Shown: positions 41,125-54,856 of the stretch, piece after piece
How the letters are laid out: the number at the start of each line of letters is the position of its first letter
How positions within the stretch are numbered: position 1 is the first letter of the stretch
Origin: Octopus sinensis
Lineage: Eukaryota
Assembly (NCBI RefSeq): GCF_006345805.1
Contig: NC_043001.1
Location: 111,910,001-111,974,000 of the forward strand
Length of the DNA stretch: 64,000 nt
Reading direction: 5' to 3'
The notes under the pieces: generated by a model
Told to the model about the DNA's origin: nothing
Seen by the model: only the letters and a program-made list of their open reading frames with translations
Database searches by the model: none
Made by a program: the position numbers and the translations under genes

Positions 41125-42393
41125 ATTAAATCAAAAGGCAAAGAAGAAACTATTACAAGCTAATGAACAAAACATACCCGGGTTAAAAATGATCATATGT
41201 TATTTGACTACGTTGCTGTTTATGGTCGAGACGACCTCTTACTCAAGTCATCCAAACAGCGACCATCATGCCTTTTTAGTTCTTAGTTTAGTAATATGTA
41301 AGACTGCACTGTGAAATACATAACTTTTATTTATTGAGGGAATAGAATTCGATTTGAGGGAAGTTTATCTGCTATTTGTAGAATGTCGGGCGATCGCTGG
41401 GCCTGAATCTTTATTTCGCCGGGTGAAATGCTTAGTTGTATTTTGTCTGTCTTTATGTTCTGTGTTTAAATTCCACGAGAGTCGACTTTGCCTTTCATCC
41501 TTTCGGGGTCGATAGATTAAATACCAGTTGCGTATTGAGATCGATCCAATCCACTGGCCCCTTCCCCCAAAATGTCGGGCCTTGTGCCTAGGATACAAAA
41601 GAATATATATTTGCTAAATATTTTGATTGTGTTTCGAATACCATAGTATTTACGTATCTTAGGACAGGGAGCTGGCGAGATTGTTAAAATAGCGGGCAAA
41701 ATGCTTTGCTTCATTTCGTCCATCTTCACGTTCAGCGTACAAATTCCGCCGAGGGACACCTAGCCGTTCATTCTTTCGGGATCGATAAAATAAGAACCAG
41801 TTGAACTCTGGTGTCCATGAAATCCATTTGCTCCTTCTCTTGAAGTTGCTGGCTATGTGCCAAAATCTGAAGACAATATTTACATAGCTAAATAATTAGA
41901 TAAAGCCTTTGGCGTTGCCTCTAGATAAATTATCTAACATACAAGAAAATAGAGAACACGCACGCACGCACATACACACTCAAACACACACACACACACA
42001 ACCTCTGCCAACACATACATAAATATATACTATATTGATGTAAAATTGTTTTCCTTCTCCTTTAGCCTCAGGTCAAACATCAAGCTACGATCAAAAGCGT
42101 TTTAGTTGTAACCAGCATGGATTTTATATAACAGATGCTACATTAACAAAAATATACTTCCCATTTCTTAAAGTCGAGACTTTGTGATTTCAGTGAGACT
42201 TGTTTGCTATTTCTAGCAGATCGGAAAACCCTATTAAATATCCCTCCTTAGGTTATCTTTTACGAGGGTTATATTCCATTGATGGTAAGGTAAGTAGCAG
42301 TTATGCTGTGGAGGTAATTTCACTCAATACGTATGGTAGGAAGCCTCTTCCACATCTGCATCATCAGCGTTATTATTATTATTATTATTATTA

Positions 42394-42438
<45 letters not shown>

Positions 42439-42496
42439 CATCATTATTATTAGTGGAGGCACAATGGCCCAGTGGTTAAGGCAGCGGACTCGCGGC

Positions 42497-42942
42497 CCCT
42501 TATAGCAGCCCCTATTTGTTCCACGTACTTCTCGAGATTTCTGCTCACTGTTTCCAGGGACAATTATTGGCACTACTGCTACTTTTTTCATCGACCACAA
42601 CTGCTTAACTTCCCAAGCTAAACTGTCATATCTTTCGAATTTTCTTTCTTCCTTATCGCACACCTTGTTGTCAGCTGGGCATGTCTATGATCCACCATAG
42701 TTTCTTTTCTTTCTCAATTAAGACTATGTCCAACTTCCTATTCTCTATCTCGTGGTCGCACTGAATCATAAAATCCTTTCAGGTTTGTGGTCGTACCAAT
42801 TTTTTGCTCTTTCAAGTCCATACTTGTTGCAAAGTGTCTAATGGACAAGCCTGGCTATATCCTGTCATTGCGTCTCTTATATTCCTTCTGAGCTAGTGGC
42901 GTACATTTGCAGTTAATATGTCATACGGTTTCACCGTTTTAT
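42497..42942 (-). mobile_element. RLE-type non-LTR retrotransposon 3' fragment (pseudogenised)
   Basis: Minus strand encodes TPLAQKEYKRRNDRIARLVH, WYDHKPE, DFMIQCDHEIENRKLDIVLIEK and CPADNKVCDKEERKFERYDSLAWEVKQLWSMKKVAVVPII. Homologous to 19820-20370. Confidence 0.8.
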
Positions 42943-44246
42943 CCACTTCGCCTTTCATCCTTTGTGAGTCGATTAAATAATATCTGTTACACACTAGGGT
43001 CGATTGCATCGACTTAATTCTTTTGTCTGTCCTTGTTTGTCCCCTCGATGCTTAGTCCCCTTTGGGCAATAAAGAAATAAAAGGAAGATAGAGAACAGCA
43101 AATAGGAACAGGGGAATCCAAAAGAACAATTTCAGATGTTTTAGATGCGAAAGACTTCGGCTAAACTGTTTGCAAAGAATCACGATTCAGAGTTATGAGA
43201 ATAACCTGAGCGGAAATAAATGAAATCGCCTCGTCCACCTTTCCATGTAAATAATGGAACAACGGTATAGAGAAGTAATGGATTTTTCCTCTAATAAAAG
43301 AACTTCAAGAAGCAGAAAAATGAAAGATCGCATTGCCTTGATAAGGAATAGATGAAGACTGAAGAATCGTCTAAAACAGGTAGGAAAAGAAAGAGGACTC
43401 ACATAACAGTGAAACAAACATTAAATTTCTTGCACAAAGAGGGGCACATCTCCACAGAATGTCTCAGATGGCAGAGCTTCGAACGGAAATGTCTAACATA
43501 CTCATACAAAAAACAAACACATAATGACAGACGCAGTGATTGGAATAACATTAATCTAACTCCTAATTTTTCATGGCTAACATGGGATCATGATAAAGAT
43601 ATATCGACAGATAGAAGCTTACGCTTCATAGCTATTTACGTTGTTTACAGATCCGTAAGGACTGATATTGGTCAAGAATTACGTTTTTAGAGTACAGTAT
43701 ATTCAGAAGATGATAGGAACCAGAGTGACAAGGTAACAGGTGTTACAAGGATCATCTGTTCCTACCTAATGGATGCTTCTTCATTCATTTGCCGGTCGGT
43801 GTTTAATTTTTTGTGTAATAAATTTCTAAAATGTCTTAGCATACTCATTCGCCCTGTATTTTACACAATTTCATCTCAGTATACACATTCCTCCAATATA
43901 CACACACACATCAAATTGTACATATATACACACTTGCAAATCACCACACACACACACACACACACACATTCTCGTCAACTACATTCTCTTGCACGATGGC
44001 TTCTGTTTTCTCCGGGAAGTATTACACAGAGAGCACATTCTGTGATGAGTTCTTCAGAAGCTAATCTTGTATGATTCACTTAATTAATAAACGAACATAT
44101 CTTCTCTGTTCAATATATTGATTACTCTGCGAATGTCTTTTACATTATTTCATCCTCAAACGAGATTGAGAAAACAAGGAGACACACACACACACACACA
44201 CACACACACGTACACACACACACACGTACACACACACACAACACAC

Positions 44247-44277
<31 letters not shown>

Positions 44278-44295
44278 TGTGTATATATATATATG

Positions 44296-44337
<42 letters not shown>

Positions 44338-45140
44338 TATATACATACATATATACATATATATACACATATATATATACATACATATAACATATATACG
44401 TATATATACACCCATATACATATAGATACACACACACATACATATATATACATATATAATATTTTTCATACATATATGTACATATATATATATATGAATA
44501 TATATATATATATATGTACATATATATATATGAATATATATATATATACAGATATCCATACGTATATGCGCCTATACATATATATATACATATATATATA
44601 TATACATATATATATATACATATATGTACATATATACCCGTATATGTATACATATATATCTGTGTGTGTAGATACACACACACACATACATATATATATA
44701 AAGAGGATGGGAATATTTCGGCATCATTTATTCTCCATTACATACGTTATATTTGCTAACAGGAATTACAAAGAAAGAATGTTATATAGACATGTGAGGA
44801 AATTTCTATTAGAAAATCTTCATACACAGAAAATTTTAATAATTCCCTACATGTCTGTGTAACAAGGAAATCTTTGTAATTCCTATCAGCAAATGAAACA
44901 CCTTTAATGGTAGATGAATAATACCAACAGTTTCTATTTTCTTGTTTTGTTATTCAACAACTCTGCAAATATATCCATAATTCTCAATTTTAATGTGTAT
45001 TTTCATTTACGTACAACACTATGGACACATTTTGATTATGATAATAATAAACAGATGTGCTTCAAGAAGAAACAGCAGCAATTTACCCTACCTGCTTATA
45101 TAAATATATCTAGAATTAAATGTATCTACAATAATATTAA

Positions 45141-45372
45141 AGGTGGCGAGCTGGCAGAAACCTTAGCACGCCGGGCGAAATGCTTAGCGGCATTTCGTCA
45201 GCCGTTACGTTCTGGGTTCAAATTATGCCAAGGTCGACTTTGCCTTTCGTCCTTTTGGGGTTAATAAATTAAGTACCAGTTACGCACTGGGGCCGATATA
45301 ATCGATTTAATCCGTTTGTCTGTCCTTGTTTGTCCCCTCTATGTCTAGACCATTGTGGGCAGTAAAGAAATA
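45141..45372 (+). mobile_element. SINE family B, full length
   Basis: GGTGGCGAGCTGGCAGAAACCTTAGCACGCCGGGCGAAATGC head through the AGTAAAGAAATA tail. Confidence 0.85.
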
Positions 45373-45815
45373 ATAAATATATCTACGAATATCTATGAAT
45401 GTATATGTATTTATATCCAAGTAAAATAACCCCTCATCTTCATATTTTATTTATTATTCTTATAATTTTTACCCTCATATCGTTTTATTAACCGCCTTTT
45501 AATATCTACTATGTTATTGCTTTAATTACTTTCTGTAATATCTACATATCACGTTCTATAATTCTGATATATCATTTACATAAAACATTCTATTTTGAAG
45601 ATTATATACCACTAACCATTTATGATTGCTTTTTAACATTTTTTTCTTGTTTATAAATAAGCCGTAATGATTACTAAGGGTTAAATACAAATTTCAGTCT
45701 CCGGTATTTAAAATTTCGTTAATCCATATTTGGATATTTTAAATAGTAGGCTTACAAAGAATAATTCGTGGGTTCGATTTGTTCGACTAAATGCGGTCCT
45801 GCTGCTCCAGCCATT

Positions 45816-45915
45816 NNNNNNNNNNNNNNNNNNNNNNNNNNNNNNNNNNNNNNNNNNNNNNNNNNNNNNNNNNNNNNNNNNNNNNNNNNNNNNNNNNNNN
45901 NNNNNNNNNNNNNNN
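45816..45915. other. Assembly gap (100 N)
   Basis: Run of exactly 100 N between two different SINE fragments. Confidence 1.
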
Positions 45916-46396
45916 CTAATGTTATCTGAGGGAAAGACAGGGGCCGACACAGCTGTGGCATCAATGACATCGCAATTCATTAGCTGGGTGAACTGGAGCA
46001 GCGAGAAATAAAGTGTCTTGCTCAAAAGCACAACACACAGGCCAGAGCGGGAAACGAACCCACTACCTCATAATTGTGAGACCGACGCTCTAACCACTGA
46101 GCCATGCGCCTTCATACATATATACATTTATGTACATATACATACATATATAAATTTAAATCATAAGTGTAAAAGATTAATATTAATTTGATTAGTATCA
46201 ATTTAAACCAGTGGCCTAGTATATTGAAAAAATGTTGAAGATTCAGAAAAATTATATTGCATTTCTTAGTGGTCAGACCATATGAGCTCTACATTTAGCA
46301 TATTGGATATCCACCTTGTGGTATTCCCTCTTATATGTATGTATATACATATATATATACATATATATACACACAACATACACACATATACACACA

Positions 46397-46436
<40 letters not shown>

Positions 46437-46437
46437 A

Positions 46438-46508
<71 letters not shown>

Positions 46509-46594
46509 GTTATATATATATTATATAATATATATATTACGGAGATGTACTCGCATAGCACGTAATTTGATCTGAGATCGTGTGCTGAAACGAA

Positions 46595-46884
46595 AACAAT
46601 TGCAAGCGTGGACGGTGTTTATAAGCCATTTAAGAAACACACAAAGCCGTTCGATTCACTCCAACATTAAGTTTAATTTGTCAAAATATTTTCGTCGCTA
46701 AAATCCGCGACCTGTTCACTGACAAAGTCCGTGCTGAGATGCAGCACGGAATTTGTCAGTGAACAGGTCGCGGATTTTAGCGACGAAAATATTTTGACAA
46801 ATTAAACTTAAATGTTGGAGTGAATCGAACGGCTTTTGTGTGTTTCTTAAATGGCTTATAAACACCTTCCACGCTGCAATTGTT
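46595..46884. mobile_element. Penelope-like fold-back element: about 142-bp near-perfect inverted arms with a 5-nt loop
   Basis: 46595-46736 pairs with 46742-46884 with only a few mismatches or indels. Embedded in (TA)n. Confidence 0.85.
46753..46800 (+). ncRNA. Hammerhead-like motif with G3-C8 swapped core (mirror copy on minus strand at 46678-46725)
   Basis: TTGTCA-GTGAACA-G-GTCGC(ggatttta)GCGAC-GAAA-ATAT-TT-TGACAA. Stem I extends to 9 bp (AATTTGTCA/TGACAAATT); stem III is the palindrome AATATT. Confidence 0.7.
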
Positions 46885-47143
46885 ATATATAATATATATA
46901 TATATATATATAATATATATATATATAACTAATGTAGGATAAAATGTTTTTTCGGAAAAATTCTATCAGTGGTCAGCATATCAAAAAATACCTTTAAAGG
47001 TTAAATGTATAAATAATTTACAAAATAAGGGCAAAAGAAAAATTCTAATGTCAAATATGCCGTAAAAAGGACAAAATTGCCAATAACCATTATAACTTAT
47101 GCGTCTCTAAACAAACCGGTAGAAATTTGTAAAAAATCCGTTA

Positions 47144-47204
47144 TTACCGTATTGGTCCCAATTTCGGGGTTAATTCATAAGAATTTTCCCCTCTTCAGCG
47201 ATAA
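47144..47204 (-). ncRNA. Canonical type-I hammerhead ribozyme-like motif
   Basis: Minus strand TTATCG-CTGAAGA-GGGG(aaaattcttatgaattaa)CCCC-GAAA-TTGG(ga)CCAA-TA-CGGTAA. All core nucleotides are intact, all three stems pair, cleavage triplet AUA. Confidence 0.85.
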
Positions 47205-47527
47205 ATACGTGAGACATAAATGAAATACTTACTCATACCCATGGAAAAAGGAAGCACTAAGTCCTGAGCAGACCTAAGTACCCCAAATATATTCAAAATA
47301 GAAAATCTTCGGCACATCTCGAGACACATGTGATTCGAACTAGAAACTTTCATAGAGTGAGGGAATCCGGTAGTGAACACTATTAAATTTACAACTATTT
47401 TGTAAATTATGTATATATTATATATATAATATAGATTATATATATATATATATTATATATATATATATATATACATACATATATGCATATTCATATACAT
47501 AACATATACATATATATATATATATAT

Positions 47528-47577
<50 letters not shown>

Positions 47578-47732
47578 TGTGATATAGAATATATAAATAT
47601 GTAAGTATACATATATATATACTTACAACGCAGTAGGAGAGAAGAGAGAGTGAGGGTGGGAGAGAGAGAGATTCGGCTCGCTGTACTGTATACATGAATG
47701 CAATATATAAATACATACATACACACACACAC

Positions 47733-47794
<62 letters not shown>

Positions 47795-48261
47795 AATATA
47801 TATATATATATATATATATTTAAAAATATATACACACGTATATATAATGAGAGAAAAAGAGTAAGGGAGATAGAAAGAGAAGGTGAGAGAGAGTGAAGTT
47901 CGCCTCGCTGTCCTGTGTATATTAATGCGATTCCGCTTCACGGACTCTCTACGGGGAGTCTCTTTAATGCAGCCACGAGTTGGCTCAAATCGAGTGAATA
48001 TTGAAATAGCGGATACTGTTAAAGCACATCGGATAGATTATGCTTGTAATTTGAAGATAAACCTTTCACACTGAGTTACCCAAATTTAGCGAGAAGGTCG
48101 CGTAGTTCATCGACCAACAGAGGTCGCTTATCTATTGACACCAAAGGGAGTTACAAAAATCGAACATATATACATACATGCATATATACATACATACACG
48201 GATACATACATACATACATACATACATACATACATTCATACATACATACATACATACATAT

Positions 48262-48306
<45 letters not shown>

Positions 48307-48598
48307 CACCAGGTGGTGCTATTAAGTTAGACATGGCCTGGGGCAATAATGGCCGAAACCTTTCAAAGTATTTCAAAGTATATATATATATACATATATA
48401 TTTACAATGCAGTAGGAAAGAAGGGAAGAGGGAGGGAGAGAGAGAGAGAGGATTCGACTCGCAGTGCTGGTAAATGAATGCAATACATACATACACACAT
48501 ACACACGCACACACACACATATATATATATACTTGTGTGTAATATATATATATATATGTAGCAAAACTATTCCCATATTGTGTGTGTGCATGTATATA

Positions 48599-48659
<61 letters not shown>

Positions 48660-48821
48660 TATGCATGCATTCTTTTATCGAATTATCTCTTTCAGTTGTT
48701 TGACTGCGACCATGCCGGAGCACCGCCTTTTTTATCGAAGAAATCGACCCCTGAACTTATTCTTTGTAAGCTTGGCACTTATTCTATCAGTCTGTTGTGC
48801 CGAACCACTATGTTACAGAGA

Positions 48822-50200
48822 AGCAAGCCCACGCTGCCCAACATCGTCTCCATCGTGGGGCGCTGGACCGACGGACCGGTTAAATTGCTCGGAGTCTGGT
48901 TCGGTCCGCAACGCCAAATGGAGAACTAGGGCAAAATAACGAGCAGGGTGGCGACTCTCACCCAGCAATAGGCCGATAAGAAGCTAGCCCTAAATAGCCA
49001 GGCAGATGTGGCGAACGCGTACATCGCATCCGTCATCGAGTACCGTGTGACCGTCGTGCATTGACCCAACCCTACCATCACCAAACTGGAACGCATACTC
49101 TTCAGCTTCTTGTAGAAAGGAAGCGTTCCGATGGTTAGGCGATCCATTTGCTCTCACCACACGCTAAATGGAGGGCTAGGCATGCCGTGGTTGATGATGC
49201 GCAGGCATGCGCTGGGACTGGGACATCTCCGGCGCTTCGTAGACGACGGTAAACAGGTGTGTTCGCCATTTGTGCGGCGAGCTTTCCCGCAGCTCGTCAC
49301 CTTGACCAAACTGCAGTCGTGGATCAAACAGAGACCGAGGCTAGGCGAATGGCACCGCGAGTGTCGCGTTGCTCTGAAGCAACTCTGCCGTCTGGGACCA
49401 ACCGTGTGCGACTTCATTACAACAAAGGCGTTATATTAGTGGAGGGGAGGTACGACGACGTTTTCAGGCAGAATCTAGACGTCGACGAGGAACACATGAC
49501 CTTCCTGTTCAGGACAATCTTCGGGCCGGGACCTATGGACAATCACCAAAGATCTCTACTCGGGATAAACTCTAAAGGTACGGTTCCAGACACACCGGAC
49601 CGACTTGCCTGAGATGCGGTCAGAGCGACGAAACCGTCCTGCACGCACTCATGAAGTGTCCAACCATTTTGGACCTGTGGGTTTATGCCGAACGGCTGCT
49701 GTCACGTGTGGGATGAGTCCGCCGGTCGACCGAGTCTATCGTGACAATTGATTCGCCACCTTCCCTCAACCTAGAAAGCAAGGCAGTGAGAATGGAGAGG
49801 CAGGTTTTGTCTCGTAAAAGTATCAAAAAATGATGGGTTAATGTAGCAAAGATGGTGCGTGCGAGTGACGAAACCACTTTGAGCATGATCTTGTAAATCG
49901 AAGAGAGAGAGAGAGAGAGAGAGAGGACTTTGCTTTCATGTGTTTATTTCCACCCTGCCTGAAGTTACCGTGGTCTTTTCCGTAGGCTTCTCTTTCCAGA
50001 GATGAACCTAATCTTGCTTCTTACATTTTAAAAATTATTCTGATACACGATCCCTTTGATCACCTTTTTTATCCCGACTCTTTTTGATCGGAATTTTACT
50101 TTTGTTTCTCTTTCTTTCCCTTTTTCTTTTTCATTTTCGAAAAGAAAATCTCTACATTTGGATTTGCCCCCTCTGTATTCAACCCTGTGTTTCCAATAAA
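48822..50200 (+). mobile_element. 5'-truncated Tx1/L1-clade LINE (ORF2 C-terminal pseudogene plus 3'UTR)
   Basis: Reads VKLLGVWFG, then GGLGMP, then CCHC knuckle TCLRCGQSDETVLHALMKCP (49603-49662), with in-frame stops. AATAAA at 50195-50200 is followed by (TATC)n. Confidence 0.85.
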
Positions 50201-50201
50201 T

Positions 50202-50287
<86 letters not shown>

Positions 50288-50316
50288 GTCTATCTATCTA
50301 TCTATCTATCTATCTG

Positions 50317-50433
<117 letters not shown>

Positions 50434-50436
50434 CAC

Positions 50437-50472
<36 letters not shown>

Positions 50473-50475
<3 letters not shown>

Positions 50476-50620
50476 CGGTTGGACAAAATGATGGAAACAT
50501 CTAGCATTATGTCATTATAATTTTGAAATATCTATATAACCGTAAAAAGCTTATTTATTTTTATGGTTTTTGATGTATAATAGTGTTGCTCAATATGTTT
50601 TGCTAAAATTGCTGTTTAAA
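50473..50620 (+). mobile_element. Tc1-like terminal fragment
   Basis: TA|CAGCGGTTGGACAAAATGATGGAAACA resembles a Tc1-type TIR start after (TA)n. The partner TIR was not found. Confidence 0.45.
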
Positions 50621-50659
50621 AAGATAGATATGTATGTATAGGTAGATAAATACATATAA

Positions 50660-50733
<74 letters not shown>

Positions 50734-50821
50734 CTTCTCACTGTTCTCGCTCTGTTAACGTTTTGGCGTTCAGACGAGTGTACTGGCATAGATGGCAACA
50801 TTTGAAATATTGTTGAGGTTT

Positions 50822-50893
50822 ATGCAGCTGATGAAGATAAATCAATTATACGATTGGCATTCGTATTTTGAAAAATCCGAACCGGTACTGCAT
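50822..50893 (+). ncRNA. Hammerhead-like motif with a one-A deletion in GAAA
   Basis: ATGCAG-CTGATGA-AGAT(long loop)ATCC-GAA-CCGG-TA-CTGCAT. Stem I has 6 bp, palindromic CCGG, triplet GUA. Confidence 0.6.
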
Positions 50894-51318
50894 TATCCGT
50901 TATCTAGGTTTTTCATTTTTCAGATGTTCTTCCTAGAGGTAAGACACTTTTTCATGTTTGTTGCATACACGCATCTTTACTAGTACATACACAGTGAAGT
51001 TATACATTAGCGTCGTATTGTTACGTTCGCTATTTTCCAGTAAATATCGATACTTCGTTGTATCATTATTTACTTTTATATAATATATATATAATATATA
51101 TATATATATTATATATATATATATAATAATATATATATATACAATACATACATATATATATATATATATATAGATTATATATATATATATATATATACAT
51201 ATTATATGTATGTTTAAAGTTAATCCAAACATGAAACACAAAGAAAAAACACAACAACGCGTGGACGTGGAACAAGTATAGTATTATTGGACGCTCAGGA
51301 AAGAAGGAAAGAAGGAGG

Positions 51319-51353
51319 GTTTAACGTTTCGAGCAAACCTCTTCGTCAGAAAC
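51319..51353 (-). ncRNA. Minimal hammerhead ribozyme-like motif
   Basis: Minus strand GTTT-CTGACGA-A-GAG(gtttg)CTC-GAAA-CG-TT-AAAC, in a repeat island at about 51215-51417 bounded by (TA)n. Confidence 0.72.
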
Positions 51354-51421
51354 ATGGAAAAGGAAAGATCCAGAGAAGGGAGACGTAGAAAAAAATCGCC
51401 AACGGTACACACGCGGTTATA

Positions 51422-51465
<44 letters not shown>

Positions 51466-52496
51466 ATATTGTTAATAAATAGAATATTCATTATATAAAC
51501 TATATGTCCGTACCTACCTCTACATGTACATATACACGCATATATGTGTACAGGACACCAAAAAGACGTCGAACACATAGAGAGACTAAACACATAGACA
51601 CAAACCAAGGAACAAAGACAAGCACAAAAAAAGGAGAGATACAGACAATAAGCACACGAAAAATCCCCTTCTTCAGTCGCTAAGATTTCATCTACTAAAC
51701 GTTTCGAAGGAAACAGCGAGACGTATACTTCGAAGAAAAATTCCTTCCTCCCGCGAAAAGCAAATCAATTAAAATTCTGAGATCTTTCGCAGAGGGGGTA
51801 AAAAAAAGCAAGACGGTAACGACAGTACAAACATATAAACAGTAAAAAATATATATAAACAGTGGAAATAATATATAACAGTGATAGACATGACAAGGAG
51901 AACAAGATATATATAATATATATTATATATAGTTAAATAGATAGATAGAGAGATAGATATGTATGTATATATCTATACAGTCGCACACACTATTACACCA
52001 ATTTTCCTTCAGACTTACCCGAAAAGTACACTTGCAATTTAATTAGTAATACAGTTATTAATGAATTGAGTAATTTAATTTAAGAAGGAAATGATTGTCT
52101 ATCGCCCATGTGATTTTGTCTAAACGTGTCGTTTATACGTGCATGGGTATGCTTTCAAATCTGTGTTCATATACCTGTATGGGTATGTTTCTCAAGTACA
52201 TTTCGAAGTAATGCAAGAACGTCGTTCTTTATTAGACTTCGAATGAAGGCATGTTTGTTGTTGGTGTTGGTTATTCCCATGCTAGCACTAATTAAGCGTA
52301 TCTAACATCAAAGAGCTTTGAATATTTCACAAACACGCTCTCTCGTTTAAGATGTACGTCTATCTCTTAAAACGATATGTACATATACATACATACATAC
52401 ATATATACATACATACATACACACACACACATATATATATAAATATATATATATACAAATATATATATATATGTATATAATCTATCTATCTATCAT

Positions 52497-52534
<38 letters not shown>

Positions 52535-52559
52535 ATCTACCTATCTATCTATCTATCTA

Positions 52560-52601
<42 letters not shown>

Positions 52602-53187
52602 ATATATATATTATATATATATATGGCGAAGTAAAGTTGTAGGTACCTCACGAGTGGAAATATATATGAAAGAATGTTTGAAAATGCAATTTCACTTCAC
52701 CGGTTTCACATTTTTTAGAAAAAGCTTGTCGAAAGTAAAATCCAAGGCTTTGTATAAGCTTTGTTGTGTTAAGTACTGGTTATCACAAAAGTATTTAAAA
52801 AACAGAAATACATTCTTTTGCTCCCACACTGTCCCTTAAAATAGCAAGCATTCCTTAGCTACACAAAAGAGTAAGTGTCAGAAAGGTCAGTTATTCTTCT
52901 ACAATTTTTGTAAATTCTTAAATATATCTCCTTCTGTGTATATATATACTTTGAAACAAAATATGATTTTTATTGAACTATCATTTTTAGTGTCCCATTC
53001 TGATTACTTTCTCAAATACTTTCTTGTAAACTGTTTTTAACATTTTCTTATCATTATCAAAGCTTTATATTTCAGCCACCTCGTATATAAGCATACACAC
53101 ACACACACGAACTCACGCACATATTTATATGTGTACATTATATATCCATATTGCACATATATATATGCATATACACACAGATGTGTG

Positions 53188-53232
<45 letters not shown>

Positions 53233-53233
<1 letters not shown>

Positions 53234-53612
53234 CCCCTTGTGGACAGTAAAGAAATTAGAAACGTTAGCACGCCGGGCTAAATGCTTAGCGGTATTTCGT
53301 CTGCCGCTACGTTCTGAGTCCAAATTCCGCCGAGGTTGACTTTGCCTTTCATCCTTTCGGGCTCGATTAAATAAGTACCAGTTACGCACTGGGTCGATAT
53401 AATCGACGTAATCCGTTTGTCTGTCCTTGTTTGTCCTTCTGTATGTTTAGCCCCTTGTGGGTAGTAAAGTAAAGAAATAGGTATTTTGTCTGTCTTTACG
53501 TTCTAAGTTCAAATTCCGCCGAGGTCGACTTTGTATTTCATCCTCTTTAGGTCAATAATTTAATTACCACTTACGTACTGGGGTCGGTCTAATCGACTGG
53601 TCCCCTACCCCA
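53233..53612 (+). mobile_element. SINE family B (dimeric arrangement)
   Basis: Same head, central domain and tail as the 45141 and 22177 copies. Confidence 0.85.
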
Positions 53613-53755
53613 AAATAATGCTGAATATGGTACTATTCTAAGCGACATCCGTACACACACGTACTTATAAAAAAAAAGAGAATACCAGAAAGGGGGAGAC
53701 ATTCATATAGCGAGCGAGTGACAGAAAGACAAAGAAATATAGAAAGATAGAGAGT

Positions 53756-53802
<47 letters not shown>

Positions 53803-53847
53803 CCAGAAACAGAAATAGAAAGAGAGAGTGTGAGTGAAAGAATTCCA

Positions 53848-54262
53848 GGATCTTTTCGGTTTGAACGGCAGTTTTTCTAGCGGTGTCATATGAAATTGTC
53901 ACCCATAATTATGACCCTAGAATTGATCTATTGCATTTCAATCTCTTTTAGGGTTAAGGTTAGGGGTGGGGTAAGGGTATCTTTTTTTTTCCCAAATGTA
54001 AATAAACCCAATCTGTTTCTTAAACGAGGGACATATTCATACGACACAGAATACTTTTTAACTCAATAGACGTATTTGATTGGTTGAAATTGCAGAAAAT
54101 GAAGAAAAAAAACAACAAATATCTTAAAAAACTAGAGAATTTTCTCAATAAAGTCAAGAGAAAAAGGTATTTTATAAGCACATTCTACCAGTGTAGGAAG
54201 TTCAAAATTTTTTAGTTACCTAGAAATTATGTTAAAAACTGCCGTTCAAACCGAAGAGATCC
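53848..54262. mobile_element. MITE with 29-bp TIRs and 8-bp TSD (Merlin-like by terminal signature)
   Basis: TIR GGATCT(T/C)TTCGGTTTGAACGGCAGTTTTT (28/29 identical). Perfect TSD GAATTCCA at 53840-47 and 54263-70. Length 415 bp. Confidence 0.9.
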
Positions 54263-54856
54263 GAATTCCATTCAATATTCTACCCCAAATAGTGCCTTCT
54301 CAGTTTTCCGTTTGACCCGTCAAATCCAAGGATTATTAGCATTACTTACGATAACAGCAAGAAAGTGAATAACGTTAAATTAAGTAAGCTCCATATTCTG
54401 TAAAACGGTAAGACACTGTTCGAACACAAATCAATCAACACCCACTTACTTGTCTTGCATCGTTTTGCCAACGCACACACAAACACACAAACACAGAAAT
54501 ACATTTAACTCACGCGCGCTAACACACGCGCGCTAACACACGCACACAAACATACAAATACATTTATCCATGCGCGCGCACGAACACACACACACATACG
54601 CATACATAAATATTGCTGCGTTCAATTCGTAATTTCATTTACTTCTACATGCGCGTCGCCGTGGCAAAATTACCAAACAGCCCTTACACTAATTGTATAT
54701 ATTCATAGACCAGGCACTCGGTTCGTCTTCGTTTCGATCCAAATAAGCCACATAAGACGTACATAAGCCAAATAATAGTGAAATATCGATATCCACCACT
54801 CCTGGTTCGATCCAAGACGAGTAGCCTCGTTGATCTAAGACTTTAAGGTATTTTAA

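Noticed and set aside
43998-44062. Minus-strand CTGAAGA...GAAA with GCTT/AAGC flanks
   Set aside because: No stem II and no UH cleavage site; only a 7-nt inverted repeat.
54340-54455. Two minus-strand GTAAGT donors near CpG-containing sequence as candidate first exon of the neuropeptide gene
   Set aside because: Hexamer matches alone are insufficient, and the site lies beyond an assembly gap.
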